DNA from: an uncultured bacterium
Lineage (GTDB): Bacteria; Electryoneota; Electryoneia; Electryoneales; Electryoneaceae
Direction of reading: 5' to 3'
DNA length: 64,000 nt
Assembly: GCA_913009835.1 (NCBI GenBank)
Contig: CAJVXH010000001.1
Location: 1,992 to 65,991, forward strand
The notes under the pieces are model-generated. The model did no database searches. It was given only the letters and a program-made list of their open reading frames with translations, and had not been told where the DNA came from. Shown here in pieces: positions 1-10,481 of this stretch (the first letter of the stretch is position 1; every line of letters begins with the position of its first letter). The position numbers and the translations under genes are program-made.

Positions 1-15
1 CCCGGATCTGATTCT

Positions 16-849
16 ATGCAATTACCCGCAGATGTACTCGGCGATGGTAGCGTCGGCGGCGAAATGGAAGCCCTGGCAGCCGTGATGAGGCGATTGCGTG
101 CTGAAAATGGATGCCCCTGGGATCGCGCCCAAACGCACGAGACCCTCCGTCCCTATTTGCTGGAAGAGACCTACGAAGTCCTCGCCGCTATTGACTCTGG
201 CGACTTGAACGAACTCCGTGATGAACTTGGCGATCTGTTGCTACAGGTGGTGTTCCATTCCCAGATCGCGTCTGAATCAGGAACGTTCGACGTTGCCGAT
301 TCGATCCGGGCCATCCGGGAGAAGCTGATACGACGTCATCCGCATATCTTCGGCGACCGCAAGCTGGAAACACCTGAGCAGGTACGTGACATGTGGGAGA
401 GGATCAAGCTGGAGGATAAGGGCGAAGGTGACGAGCTGAACAGTGTCCTCTCAGGTGTTCCGAAGGTACTGCCTTCACTAACCCGCGCCTTCCGTGTCCA
501 GGAGAAGATGGCCGGAGTTGGCTTTGACTGGCCCGATGCATCCGGAGCTCTCGAGAAGCTGGCTGAAGAGATGAATGAGCTGTCCGAAGCTGTTATGTCG
601 GGTGACCGTGCCCACGCCGAAGAGGAGCTGGGTGACCTGCTTTTCAGCGCCGTAAATGCCGCCCGGCTGGCTGGATTTTCAGCCGAAGATGCATTGCGTA
701 TGAGCACCGAAAAAGTCATCAGCCGTTTTCAAACTATCGAAACTTTGACCGCCGCAGACGGTCACTCAGTACATGAACTGAATCTCGAAGAACTCGACGT
801 TTACTGGGATAAGGCAAAAGAGCTCGAGCGTCAGGTGAGGCGTCCCTGA
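16..849 (+). CDS. mazG: Nucleoside triphosphate pyrophosphohydrolase MazG
   Basis: 277-aa ORF with the tandem MazG-domain pattern (ETYEVLAAIDSGD...ELGDLLLQVVFHSQIA, then a second EEMNELSEAV...ELGDLLFSAV repeat). The true start may lie upstream of the window edge. Confidence 0.85.
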   Translation: MQLPADVLGDGSVGGEMEALAAVMRRLRAENGCPWDRAQTHETLRPYLLEETYEVLAAIDSGDLNELRDELGDLLLQVVFHSQIASESGTFDVADSIRAIREKLIRRHPHIFGDRKLETPEQVRDMWERIKLEDKGEGDELNSVLSGVPKVLPSLTRAFRVQEKMAGVGFDWPDASGALEKLAEEMNELSEAVMSGDRAHAEEELGDLLFSAVNAARLAGFSAEDALRMSTEKVISRFQTIETLTAADGHSVHELNLEELDVYWDKAKELERQVRRP

Positions 850-870
850 TGGCTTTGGTCTGGATATTTC

Positions 871-1200
871 TTGATGGCGTCGGCCTCGGATTATGACCTG
901 GTACTGTTCGAATACATCAAGACGGATCTCGCCGGACATGCCCGGGACCCGGTATGGGCTTCCAGGGTTATAGCCGAAGTCACGCGTTTCCTCCGCACCC
1001 TGCTGACTCAGCTCGATCCTGAACGTGATACCCTTCTAATCGCCAGCGATCATGGTAACAGCGAGGATTTGAGTGTCCGCACCCACACCCGCGCGCCGGT
1101 TCCAGCAGTCGCGGTTGGTCCACTGGCGGAGGACATCCTGTCCGGTTGCACCTCGATCACTGACCTGGTTCCTGCCATTCTCGCCGCATTTTCTGCCTGA
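871..1200 (+). pseudogene. Probable C-terminal remnant of a metalloenzyme-superfamily (cofactor-independent phosphoglycerate mutase-like) gene
   Basis: The 109-aa ORF carries a TDLAGHARD...IASDHGNSED pattern typical of the C-terminal half of apgM-type phosphoglycerate mutases. There is no room for the roughly 300 aa N-terminal part, because mazG ends 22 bp upstream. Confidence 0.3.
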
Positions 1201-1238
1201 CTACTGGCTGCGGGCTGCTTGTTGTGAGCTGTGAGAAT

Positions 1239-1520
1239 ACAGGCCCGTGTTTGGAGTGCATCCGGTTATCCAGTTAACTCAGCCAGGAGATATGCCCCTG
1301 TGACCCGCCGTTTTTTTGGCGGTTCGCAGGGATCATTTAACGACTGTCCTGAGTCCTGATAAATCAAACAGGCACCTTGTAACTTGTGGATCAACCCTGC
1401 TATCGCCTGTGGCGGTAACAGGGGCATATTCATCGTCGGATAATCCACGACATAAATATCGTGGGCATAATGCAACCCCAGCTGAAGCAACTGGATAACC
1501 GGATGCTCGCAAACACGGAC
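1239..1520. repeat. Roughly 280-bp repeat element copy A, with terminal inverted repeats (gcatccggttatccag ... ctggataaccggatgc) and long-range internal complementarity
   Basis: Near-identical to the reverse complement of 15461-15742, seen by direct sequence comparison. The termini are complementary, and the internal gaatatgcccctg/caggggcatattc segments are complementary. Confidence 0.7.
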
Positions 1521-1708
1521 AACCGTCACCATTAGACACTTGTCTCATCCTTCATCGTTCATCGTTCATCCAAATCCGAGGATAAGCCGCGCTTGACGAG
1601 CAAGCACGGGCCTGTCTTTTCCTCCAGACTCCCGACTCAAACCCTCAAACAAAACAACCCGAACCAGAATTGGCTCGGGCTGTTGATAATCAATTTGTAG
1701 ATGGGTCG

Positions 1709-4700
1709 TTACCGCATCAGAACGACCTTCTGCGTCGTAGTCATCGGACCGGCAGTTACCTGCAGGAAGTAGACGCCTGAAGCGACACCTTCCGCCGTCC
1801 AGTTTAACGTGTGCGAACCGGCGGACATGTCATGGTTGGCCACTTCGACTACCTTCCGTCCAAGGATGTCAAAGACACGAAGCTGCACATCCGCAGCTGA
1901 AGCCAGGGTAATCGGCACTGCCACTGACGGGTTGAATGGGTTCGGATATGCATCACCAATGGCGAATTCAGATGGCAGGGCTACATCATCATCCACGCCC
2001 AATGAGCTGGCGTCAATGGTCAATGTCTCCGAGAAAGCATTTCCCTGGAGATACACTGACTCGATGACGTATTCGAAAATATCATCAGACGGCAGCGTCT
2101 CAGCCAAGGTTGTTTCCGTAATCCCGGTGGCGAGATCGTTGCCATCGCGGGTGACATTGAATTCTGTCATGCCGTTTGTGCCTGCAGATTCCATATGTCC
2201 AAAGACACCGCGAAGCATCAGATTACCTGTGTAGGTACCTGGGGCGGGGAATTGATTGAGAGGTACCCAATTCCAGGTGACTCCATCAACGCTGATGTAT
2301 AGTGACGCTCGATCAGCGGGATAGGTGGTAACATTATCCACATTCATCGAGGTCATACCATTTTCGAGCCATTCCAGACCAATCCAGACTTTGTCCCCTG
2401 ACTGGAATTCAAATCTGAACGGCATGTCGAAATCAAACCAACCCGCTTCCGTCGCCAACAGGGTTTCAGATGACCAGAAGACATCTCCCGGGACGGTCGG
2501 ATTATCCTCATACTCCAGAAGGACGAATCGGAAATCTCCAAAGCCCGCAGTCGAATTCAGCTCGACCCGAATGCCGCGCAATGAGGAGAAATCATCAACA
2601 TCGAACAGCTGTGCCGCTATGATACCGAGTGGCAATGATTCAACGAAGGACAACCCTGGCTGCTCTGCTTCACCGTCATCGTAGATAGTTTCCTGGGCAC
2701 GAGTTTGTTCCCACATCAATTCAATCTGCCGGGAAGGTTCGTCAATCACCCGGTAGCTGAAGAAACTCGCCGGTACTGGTTCGGCGAACAATACATCTAC
2801 CGTTGGGTTCTGTAGCGATTCACCCTCATTATATACAGGCACGACTTCGTATACGAAGGTACCAAATCCAGCTACATCATCACTGTAGGTCGTTTCTGTT
2901 GTCGTACCGATTTCACTGCCATCACGGACTACGCGGTAATGCTGGAACGTGTCTCCGCCCGGATGATCCCAATCCAGTTGGATGGTCTGATCACCATAAT
3001 TCGATTCACCGGTGAGATTTGTGACGGGTTCACGTGGATCAGCGGAATCAATCAAACCAGAGATCAGAAGGGTGTAGCTGACAGTCTCGGAAAGAGTGCC
3101 TTTGTGCGACACTGTCAGCTGGTAGTTTTCACCTGCTGGAGCCTCAATCCAAATCTGTTCTACGTTATCAACGATGTTATCACCAGTGGTAGCTGGAGTA
3201 TCTGGATTGTCTATCCCTCCCAGGACCCACGGATAATAGATGGTTCCGTTATCAGCATCTTCGAGACGGATATCGAGGTCGTTAACCAGAACCGGTGTCT
3301 GATCTCCGGGAATCGCGTGATTCGGACCCATCGGTTCGTTCCAGATGATGGTCACCCGGATATCTTCATCCTGAAACCTGGCCAGATCCTGAACATAAGT
3401 GGAGCCGTCCTCAAGTTCACGTTCCTGAATCGCCGGCGAGTTCACGGATGCCCAAGTGATATGGTCAGCGGCAGCCAACGCGTTCATCAATCCCCAGCCA
3501 TATCGATAATCCGGTCCATCCCAGCTTCCGCACTCATCAGCAGTGTGCAACACAAGACCGCGGAGTGTCGTCGACAACGGTTCTTCTCCGAAAACATTGT
3601 CATAGTGAATAAACAGCAGGTTCAATGTTCCCGCAGCTGAGGGACTCGACATCGAGGTGCCACTCATGGTGGCATAATCCGTGTTGTTAGCTTCACCGGT
3701 TGAACGAAGGTTGACACCATTTGCAACGATGTCCGGCTTGATTCGACCGTCATCCGTCGGGCCATAGCTGCTAAAACTGGACATCAATACTGAACCCGGT
3801 CCTGTGTAATTCAAGACGTCATTCACTGCACCGACTGTCAGGATATTTTTTGCTACCCCACGATATCCGATAGTATCGTAGCCAAGATCACCGCCATCTG
3901 GTTCTCGGGTCATCGTGCTCGTGCTACCGTTAGGGAGGCGGTGCAACCCTCCAGGTCCCGGACCTGTATCAGATCGATCGTTACCAGCCGATGCGCAAAT
4001 CGACAGGTAAGGATTGGCATGTGCTAAATTGTCCCAGACACGGCTGGTCTGGCTATTGTATTCGCCGAAATTGCGGTCGTAGGTCATGGTTGACAAACCA
4101 TACCAAACCCACGGTATCGCCCCGCCATCATATTCCCATCCCATCGGGGTGCCATATGAATGGTTTGTAATGTAAGTCCCACTAGCTGCAGCTGAAGCCA
4201 TTTCGGCCGTATCCTGATTCCAATCATAAGAATCAAGATATGCTTCATAGCTCATTCCCCGTGCGGATGCGCTGACACCGCCAGCGATCATGGTGCCGCC
4301 GACGTGTTGCGAGTGGAAATGAACTGCAGAGTTATCTCGATTATTAGCTCTCGGATAGCCGAGATTAACAAACTCCTGGTGGGTGGTCAGAAGAACTCCT
4401 GCATCCCACATAGCCATGTGCGCGGTGAAAGCACCGGTAATCGCATAACCGTTACCCGCTCCGGGATACAGCTGATCAGCACGGGAAGTAGCCGCGGCGT
4501 TTACGTTATCGATCTTGTAAAAAATCGGTTCTCCTTCAAGAGTAACACCCATCAATTCCATGCCGTTGTGCACATTATCAACGTAGATCTCTAGATTATT
4601 GTTCTTGACAAATTCCCAGAACTGTGGGCCACGCTGGATTTCGTAGGTTCTCTCAGCTTCCGCCTGAATCTCCCTCAATCCCTCATAATCGATTTCCGGT

Positions 4701-4804
4701 CGTGCAAAAGCGGATCCGGCGATCCAAGTCATCGCCAGCACTATAACCAGAATTCCAAATCCGGATCGCTGGATAATATTCTTGTACTTTGTCCAAATGT
4801 TCAT
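1709..4804 (-). CDS. Secreted S8 subtilisin-like serine peptidase with T9SS C-terminal sorting domain
   Basis: 1031 aa with an N-terminal signal peptide, the subtilase His-region HSQHVGGTMIAGG and Ser-region GTSMSSPSAAG, and a C-terminal Por/T9SS CTD-like tail (GVYFLQVTAGPMTTTQKVVLMR). Confidence 0.85.
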   Translation of the reverse strand: MNIWTKYKNIIQRSGFGILVIVLAMTWIAGSAFARPEIDYEGLREIQAEAERTYEIQRGPQFWEFVKNNNLEIYVDNVHNGMELMGVTLEGEPIFYKIDNVNAAATSRADQLYPGAGNGYAITGAFTAHMAMWDAGVLLTTHQEFVNLGYPRANNRDNSAVHFHSQHVGGTMIAGGVSASARGMSYEAYLDSYDWNQDTAEMASAAASGTYITNHSYGTPMGWEYDGGAIPWVWYGLSTMTYDRNFGEYNSQTSRVWDNLAHANPYLSICASAGNDRSDTGPGPGGLHRLPNGSTSTMTREPDGGDLGYDTIGYRGVAKNILTVGAVNDVLNYTGPGSVLMSSFSSYGPTDDGRIKPDIVANGVNLRSTGEANNTDYATMSGTSMSSPSAAGTLNLLFIHYDNVFGEEPLSTTLRGLVLHTADECGSWDGPDYRYGWGLMNALAAADHITWASVNSPAIQERELEDGSTYVQDLARFQDEDIRVTIIWNEPMGPNHAIPGDQTPVLVNDLDIRLEDADNGTIYYPWVLGGIDNPDTPATTGDNIVDNVEQIWIEAPAGENYQLTVSHKGTLSETVSYTLLISGLIDSADPREPVTNLTGESNYGDQTIQLDWDHPGGDTFQHYRVVRDGSEIGTTTETTYSDDVAGFGTFVYEVVPVYNEGESLQNPTVDVLFAEPVPASFFSYRVIDEPSRQIELMWEQTRAQETIYDDGEAEQPGLSFVESLPLGIIAAQLFDVDDFSSLRGIRVELNSTAGFGDFRFVLLEYEDNPTVPGDVFWSSETLLATEAGWFDFDMPFRFEFQSGDKVWIGLEWLENGMTSMNVDNVTTYPADRASLYISVDGVTWNWVPLNQFPAPGTYTGNLMLRGVFGHMESAGTNGMTEFNVTRDGNDLATGITETTLAETLPSDDIFEYVIESVYLQGNAFSETLTIDASSLGVDDDVALPSEFAIGDAYPNPFNPSVAVPITLASAADVQLRVFDILGRKVVEVANHDMSAGSHTLNWTAEGVASGVYFLQVTAGPMTTTQKVVLMR

Positions 4805-5082
4805 GACTTCTCCACCATGGCTCGTTAGCTCGTTTTAGACCCGCGCGATTGGGGCTATTGTTGTTTGTAATGTGTGGAATAGTAACTCTTACAGCTACCA
4901 AGATACTCCCAAGAGGTTGCTTGAGACAATCCACTGTGGACGAGTATTAAAAATCCACTCGGATGTGAATGTCCCGGTATATACCTCTATAACATGCGAG
5001 TAAAAAGTCGCCGCTCCAAATGCATAAAGCGTCCGGACTCTGTCCGGACGCTCGTTATCAGGATGAAATGTCTCTTGCTGAA

Positions 5083-5922
5083 TCAGGGCCGAGGACGTCT
5101 ATGGCTGCGTCCGTTATCCAGATTGATCATGAACTGATCACCATTATCCATCACCACCAGCGCCCAATTGGTCCCATCAAAGGTCGTGGTAGAACCTACT
5201 TCCAAGGTGAATGTGCGTGTCGTATGACCATTGGTCATCGTTTTCTCAAGCAAGGTGTGATGGTACACTGATCCGGAGAGGGGATATGGATGGTTTTCGT
5301 GGTCAACGTGGATGTTGATGTCAGTCGATTCCCAGTCGTGTAACGCATCCCAAGTCTGGAAATGATCTCTCCATCGTCCCTGCATCTCGCCAATTTCACT
5401 TCTTGATCCTGTGTCGTTTATGACATGGACAGTGTCTGTGGCAAGGATGTTGTCCATGGTCAGGAACGAGTACAATTCCACCTCTACCTGGCGAAAATCG
5501 TTATAGTGTCCACCTTCCATCGTCAACTCTCTACTCATCCGGACACTGGTCTCGGGATCATAAACTTCGTATGTGTTGTCTTCCGCATCGAAGAATGTCA
5601 CGTCAATCGTTGTCGTAAACCCGCGGTGGGTGAAAGTAGTGTCACGCAGTTGCGAAAAATCGCGATGATCGATTTGCGGATCGCCAGGATCGCCTGGAAA
5701 ATCCTGTGGCGGATTAGGTGCCCACATTGCGATCAAACCATCCACCGGATCCGTTATGGCGTAGGCAATGTCCTCGGCGATCATGGCATAATCGTCATCA
5801 TCTGGAATGTTGTTACTAAAATCAGATCCGGCAGGCGAACTGGTATCGGAACAACCTGCAACCAGTGCAAGTGCCATCATGATGACCAGTATGCTGAGAA
5901 TTCCTCTGCTCTTCATCTTCAA
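5083..5922 (-). CDS. Hypothetical lipoprotein
   Basis: 279 aa with a signal peptide and lipobox (LALVAGCSD). No recognisable catalytic motifs. Confidence 0.5.
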   Translation of the reverse strand: MKMKSRGILSILVIMMALALVAGCSDTSSPAGSDFSNNIPDDDDYAMIAEDIAYAITDPVDGLIAMWAPNPPQDFPGDPGDPQIDHRDFSQLRDTTFTHRGFTTTIDVTFFDAEDNTYEVYDPETSVRMSRELTMEGGHYNDFRQVEVELYSFLTMDNILATDTVHVINDTGSRSEIGEMQGRWRDHFQTWDALHDWESTDINIHVDHENHPYPLSGSVYHHTLLEKTMTNGHTTRTFTLEVGSTTTFDGTNWALVVMDNGDQFMINLDNGRSHRRPRP

Positions 5923-6045
5923 TATCCTCCACTTTGTCTTTTAATCACGGCAATCTACTGATATTCTTTTAACCTCGCAAGCGCAGGTTATTGGTTCATG
6001 ACACACGGCAGGAAAAACCTCATCCTGCCGCACAACTATTCTGCA

Positions 6046-6657
6046 TCATCGACCCAGAGGGCAGAATCCGGAATTCATTCCTCTCCCCTGGCCTACGCCA
6101 TGGGGTCCGAATCCACCAGATTGGTAACGGTTGCCATAACCCATCCCGGGTCCCTGGCCTGTTCCTCGTCCCCGGCCAGTGCGATTAAGATTGCCCTCAC
6201 TTCTTTCTTTTGCCGCCTGGGCGTGACGAATGCCGAGTTCTTCCCACTGTTCGTCCGTAAGAATCTCTTGCATCTGTTCTTGTTGTGAGAGGTGGTTCCG
6301 TCCCATCTCCAGCCTCATTTCATCCATCCTCTTTTGAATTACTCCGAGACGTTCCCGGTTTGCATCAGTGTCTTCCGCCAGCTTTATGAACTCCTCACGC
6401 AACTCATTTTGCTCTCTCTGCATCTTGATCTGCTTCAGCTCAATGTCCTTCTGCATGTCAAGAATTCGTTCGAGTTGACTGTCAGTCAAATCTGGCAGGT
6501 TGGCGATGCCTTGCCCCATACCGAATCCTGGACCGTTGCCAAATCCTCCGCCGTTTCCGTGTCCTCCTCCGTTCATGGGCTGGGCGTCGGCAGTCGCTGC
6601 AAACATGAATCCCGCCATGATTACCGCTATAATCATGAGTTTTGAAACGTCTTTCAT
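6046..6657 (-). CDS. Periplasmic Spy/CpxP-family (LTXXQ motif) protein, Gly-rich
   Basis: 203 aa with a signal peptide (MIIAVIMAGFMFAATADA), two LTXXQ-like motifs (LTDSQLERIL, LTDEQWEEL), a coiled-coil segment and Gly-rich termini. Confidence 0.55.
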   Translation of the reverse strand: MKDVSKLMIIAVIMAGFMFAATADAQPMNGGGHGNGGGFGNGPGFGMGQGIANLPDLTDSQLERILDMQKDIELKQIKMQREQNELREEFIKLAEDTDANRERLGVIQKRMDEMRLEMGRNHLSQQEQMQEILTDEQWEELGIRHAQAAKERSEGNLNRTGRGRGTGQGPGMGYGNRYQSGGFGPHGVGQGRGMNSGFCPLGR

Positions 6658-6805
6658 CTTCCCATCTCCTTCAGTTCAGCTTCTATGTGCTGTGGTTGAA
6701 TGTATGTGCGCGTATCACGCTTCAGATAATGGACGCGCAAAGTGGAGATGGGTTTAATCGAGGGGAGAGTTCAGGGGGAGACTACTCTGAATCGAACAGT
6801 TTTTT

Positions 6806-7340
6806 CATCCTGAATGACATGCAAGTCATCGCTGAACGAAGTGAAGGATCTCGTCTTTGACCTGCATTTCATCCCAGACATAAATGTCTGGGGCACGAAA
6901 TCGCGTCATCCTGAACGAAGTGAAGGATCTCGTCTTTGACCTGCATTTCATCTCAGACATAAATGTCTGGGGCACGAAATCGCGTCATCCTGAACGAAGT
7001 GAAGGATCTCGTCTTTGACCTTCATTTCATCCCAGACATAAATGTCTGGGGCACGAAATCGCGTCATCCTGAACGAAGCGAAGGATCTCGTCTTTGACCT
7101 GCATTTCATCCCAGACATAAATGTCTGGGGCACGAAATCGCGTCATCCTGAACGAAGTGAAGGATCTCGTCTTTGACCTGCATTTCATCCCAGACATAAA
7201 TGTCTGGGGCACGAAATCGCGTCATCCTGAACGAAGTGAAGGATCTCGTCTTTGACCTTCATTTCATCCCAGACATAAATGTCTGGGGCACGAAATCGCG
7301 TCATCCTGAACGAAGTGAAGGATCTCGCCTTTAACATTTT
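6806..7340. repeat. Tandem array of about 6.5 copies of a 79-bp unit
   Basis: Unit gtcatcctgaacgaagtgaaggatctcgtctttgacctgcatttcatcccagacataaatgtctggggcacgaaatcgc. Unit starts at 6905, 6984, 7063, 7142, 7221 and 7300, exactly 79 bp apart, with degenerate first and last copies. Each unit contains the palindrome cccagacataaatgtctgggg. Confidence 0.9.
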
Positions 7341-7402
7341 GAGAAAAAATGGATTGTCTGAGGAAATACCACGATTACTTGATGTGTTGAGTGAAGCTCT
7401 AC

Positions 7403-10342
7403 CTAGTCCTCAGCATTAGGATCGCCATCGAGGAACCAGGACAAGGCTTTGAAGAGGCTATCATAGTTGGAAAAGACTTGCGGCTTGACCGGCAACGAAT
7501 CAACCATGATGCGTCCCCAGCGCGATTGAACCAGCCGCGGATCGCATAGGATAGCTACTCCATAATCATCAGTTCGTCGTATCAGGCGTCCCAATCCCTG
7601 CCGCAAACGGAGTATCGCCTCAGGAACAGTGTACTCGATGAACGGATTCCCACCCTCGGCCTTGATCTTCTCTGAACGTGCTTCGACCAGCGGATCATTG
7701 GGAACGTGGAATGGCAGCTTGGCAATTATCAGAAGCTCGAGCGATTCACCGGGAACGTCTATCCCTTCCCAGAAGGAGTCCACTCCAAAGAGAACGGACT
7801 TTCGTTCCTCCCGGAAGCGGTCCAGCATTTCAGCCTGAGAGGCGCCCACTCCCTGCGCAAACGTGCTCCATCCCTGCCGTTCGAGCATTGGGGAAGCCTG
7901 ATCGTATGCGTCTCCCAGCATTTTCTGGCTGGTAAACAGGATCAGCGAACCGGCATCCAAGTCAATGGGCAGATTCTGGGCGAGCCGGGCAACGCCTTCG
8001 ACGTATTCGTCGAGATTTCCCTTTGGCACACCCAGATAATCGACCACCGCGATAAACATCTGGTCGGCCATCTTAAACGGTGTCTGGTAGATAACTCCCT
8101 TGGCATCTGACAGTCCCAGCCTTTTCCGCATGAAATCAAATTTCTGCTTGACGGTGAGGGTGGCTGAGGTCAATACGATCGACTCAACTTTGGGGTATAG
8201 CAGCTTTTGCAGGACAACACTCACATCCAGTGGTGCGGAGTTAAGGGTAACACCGGCCCGTGCATCTCTGCCGATACTATACCATAACACCGTGTTTTCC
8301 GGTTCAGAGCCAGTCAACAGTATGAAGGCATCCGCAATAGCTTTCAGCTCCACGCGAATGGATTTGAGCCTGCCGATAACATCATCACCTTCGATGAGCG
8401 GATCTTCTGCTTCCGAAAGAATTTCAAGCAGTTTGTCCAGTTCACGGAGTACACTCGAGAACGCTCGTTGATGGGCGAGGATGGCATCCTTAATCGGCTC
8501 AAATACTGATTCGCCGCTGATATACCGAACAGAGCGTCCGTAGTAGCGGTTCTTACTTTTTGATTCGGCCTCTTGTTTTATCGAAAGCAGTCCGTACAAT
8601 TCGCCATGAAAATGATCGCCGGTGCGATGAATGGTGGTGATTGCGTCAACCAGACGATCAATCGGACCGGGCTCATCGACGTTTTTACGTTCGAGCGGCG
8701 TTTCGAGCAGAGGTTGCAACGCTCTCAGGGCCATCAACAAACCGGGCCGTTTGGCTGAAGCATCGTGCATCTGGGTGAGCAGATTGCGCAACGGTACATA
8801 GTGGTAGTTCAATCCCAAGTGTTTCGCAGCGATGTCCTCGATGTGATGGGCTTCGTCAATTATCAGACGGTCGTATTCGCCCAGCACCGCTCCATCACTG
8901 GCCAGATCGCTGAACAGCAGGGCATGGTTGATCAACACCACGTCCGCGCCGAGTGCTGACATCCTGATACGATGCAGGAAGCATCCTTCGCTAGCACGAC
9001 AAACTCGATTGGAGCAGAATCCGGAATCGGCGGACAATCGCGGCCACAAACCGCGCACCAGCGACTGACGCACTCCCGGTGCTTCGTTCACATCACCTGT
9101 TTTGGTACGATTCAGCCAGCGCACGATTGGTAACAACGCCAATCGGTCTGTAGGTTCGAGCGCCTCCGGTTCATTGACCAGAGAGTCATAGCGCCTTTTG
9201 CAGATGTAATTGCCACGTCCCTTAAGCAGGACTGCACGAACATCTCCACTGAAAGCCGCCTCGAGATACGGCAGATCCTTCTCGAAGAGTTGATTTTGCA
9301 GGTGACGAGTGTTGGTTGAGATGACAACTCGTCCGCCTCCGGCGCGAGCGTGCATCAGGGCGGGAAGCAGGTAGGCTAGGCTTTTCCCGGTACCGGTACC
9401 CGCTTCACAGATTAACTGTCCACCGTTTTCAATGGTTTCGTGGACATCCCAGGCCATGTCAGCCTGGCCATGTCGCATCTCGTAACCGGGCACCTGCTTG
9501 GCGATGAGACCATTCTCATCGAAGAACGCGGCATAAGTGTCAGCATCAATCTGTTCCGGCTTGTCAATAGCTTCACGTGTCTGACCGAGCGTGGAAAAAT
9601 CTCCGATGCGATTGTCAGGCAAATTATTGGGGGTCCACACGCCTTCGGGGCCGGGTCCGATGGTAAGCAGTCCATCAATGATGGAACCGAGGGCGAAATT
9701 GGTCTGTCCCAGAATCCTCAGCATCTCGCGCAATTCGCCGGGTGGCAGACGGCGAGCTCGTGCCAGCAACTCGAGCAGGACTTTTCCTGTGGCGTCAGCA
9801 TCATCGGTTGCACGGTGGGCGTTTGACAGAGCAACACCCAATTGACGCGCCATCGCCCCCAGCCCGAATCGACTGAATTCTATGGGAAAGAGGCTGCGTG
9901 CAACGTTCAAAGTGTCATAGACTTCGCCCGGTGGGGCCATCGGCGCGTCTTCCGGAATTCGCAATAATTCAGCATCGAGGAAATCCAGGTCAAACTTTAC
10001 ACTCTGCCCGAGGATGGGGGATTCACCGAAGAAGGCAATAATCTCCTCAGCGAGATCCTCGAAGCGTTTTTCATTCTCCAGGTCGCTGTCGGTGATACCG
10101 GTGAGGCGGGTAATAAATGCGGTCAGCTTTTCGTCCACATGGAGCAATTTGCTGCAACGTTCGGTCTCTTCCCCACCCACAAACCTGACCGCACCGAATT
10201 CAATCATGCGGCAGGATTTGGCGTCGAGCCCTGTTGTCTCAGTGTCGAAGGCAACGAAGTCTGCCAGCCCGAGTCGGGCGAGCTCCTCAGGTGTCAGTGG
10301 CGCAGGTTCGGGCAGGCTCAGTGTCAACTCCCAGGGATGCAA
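7403..10342 (-). CDS. dinG: Bifunctional DnaQ-like 3'-5' exonuclease / DinG-family ATP-dependent DNA helicase
   Basis: 979 aa. N-terminal Exo I motif FVAFDTETTGLD; helicase motif I ICEAGTGTGKSLAYLLP; DEAH box IIDEAHHIED; C-terminal helicase domain. Confidence 0.85.
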   Translation of the reverse strand: MHPWELTLSLPEPAPLTPEELARLGLADFVAFDTETTGLDAKSCRMIEFGAVRFVGGEETERCSKLLHVDEKLTAFITRLTGITDSDLENEKRFEDLAEEIIAFFGESPILGQSVKFDLDFLDAELLRIPEDAPMAPPGEVYDTLNVARSLFPIEFSRFGLGAMARQLGVALSNAHRATDDADATGKVLLELLARARRLPPGELREMLRILGQTNFALGSIIDGLLTIGPGPEGVWTPNNLPDNRIGDFSTLGQTREAIDKPEQIDADTYAAFFDENGLIAKQVPGYEMRHGQADMAWDVHETIENGGQLICEAGTGTGKSLAYLLPALMHARAGGGRVVISTNTRHLQNQLFEKDLPYLEAAFSGDVRAVLLKGRGNYICKRRYDSLVNEPEALEPTDRLALLPIVRWLNRTKTGDVNEAPGVRQSLVRGLWPRLSADSGFCSNRVCRASEGCFLHRIRMSALGADVVLINHALLFSDLASDGAVLGEYDRLIIDEAHHIEDIAAKHLGLNYHYVPLRNLLTQMHDASAKRPGLLMALRALQPLLETPLERKNVDEPGPIDRLVDAITTIHRTGDHFHGELYGLLSIKQEAESKSKNRYYGRSVRYISGESVFEPIKDAILAHQRAFSSVLRELDKLLEILSEAEDPLIEGDDVIGRLKSIRVELKAIADAFILLTGSEPENTVLWYSIGRDARAGVTLNSAPLDVSVVLQKLLYPKVESIVLTSATLTVKQKFDFMRKRLGLSDAKGVIYQTPFKMADQMFIAVVDYLGVPKGNLDEYVEGVARLAQNLPIDLDAGSLILFTSQKMLGDAYDQASPMLERQGWSTFAQGVGASQAEMLDRFREERKSVLFGVDSFWEGIDVPGESLELLIIAKLPFHVPNDPLVEARSEKIKAEGGNPFIEYTVPEAILRLRQGLGRLIRRTDDYGVAILCDPRLVQSRWGRIMVDSLPVKPQVFSNYDSLFKALSWFLDGDPNAED

Positions 10343-10481
10343 AACGTTGATATAAATAACCCGGTCTCAGTTTGAATCAGTAGCCAAGAGACCGGGTTTC
10401 AAAGTTCAAGTTAGCTATTACTCACTGTTCAGCAGTCCATCTCACGTTCGGTTTTCGTGAGGCCAGCGCTTCGTCGAGACG

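Noticed and set aside
1316-1498. 60-aa ORF conserved with 15489-15671 (MAVRRD...TPAEATG)
   Set aside because: Both lie within the inverted 280-bp repeat copies. The conservation follows from nucleotide identity of the repeat, and the ORFs have no start-site context. They are retained only as a low-probability alternative under the repeat finding.
2939-3640. 233-aa plus-strand ORF and other antisense ORFs inside the subtilase gene (similarly 10824-11462 inside gcvPB, 12892-13476 inside secD, 39029-39490 inside the methyltransferase, 47283-47802 inside the FemAB-like gene)
   Set aside because: They are fully embedded antisense to strongly supported genes with clear motifs, and are typical of spurious ORFs.
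6948-7212. Two 61-aa ORFs (6948-7133 and 7027-7212, minus strand) with near-identical translations
   Set aside because: They are generated by reading through the 79-bp tandem repeats. The identical sequence is a repeat artefact, not evidence of coding.
6806-7340. Tandem repeat array considered as a CRISPR array
   Set aside because: The 79-bp units are contiguous with no unique spacers, the unit is too long, and there are no cas genes nearby. It is a satellite-type tandem repeat.
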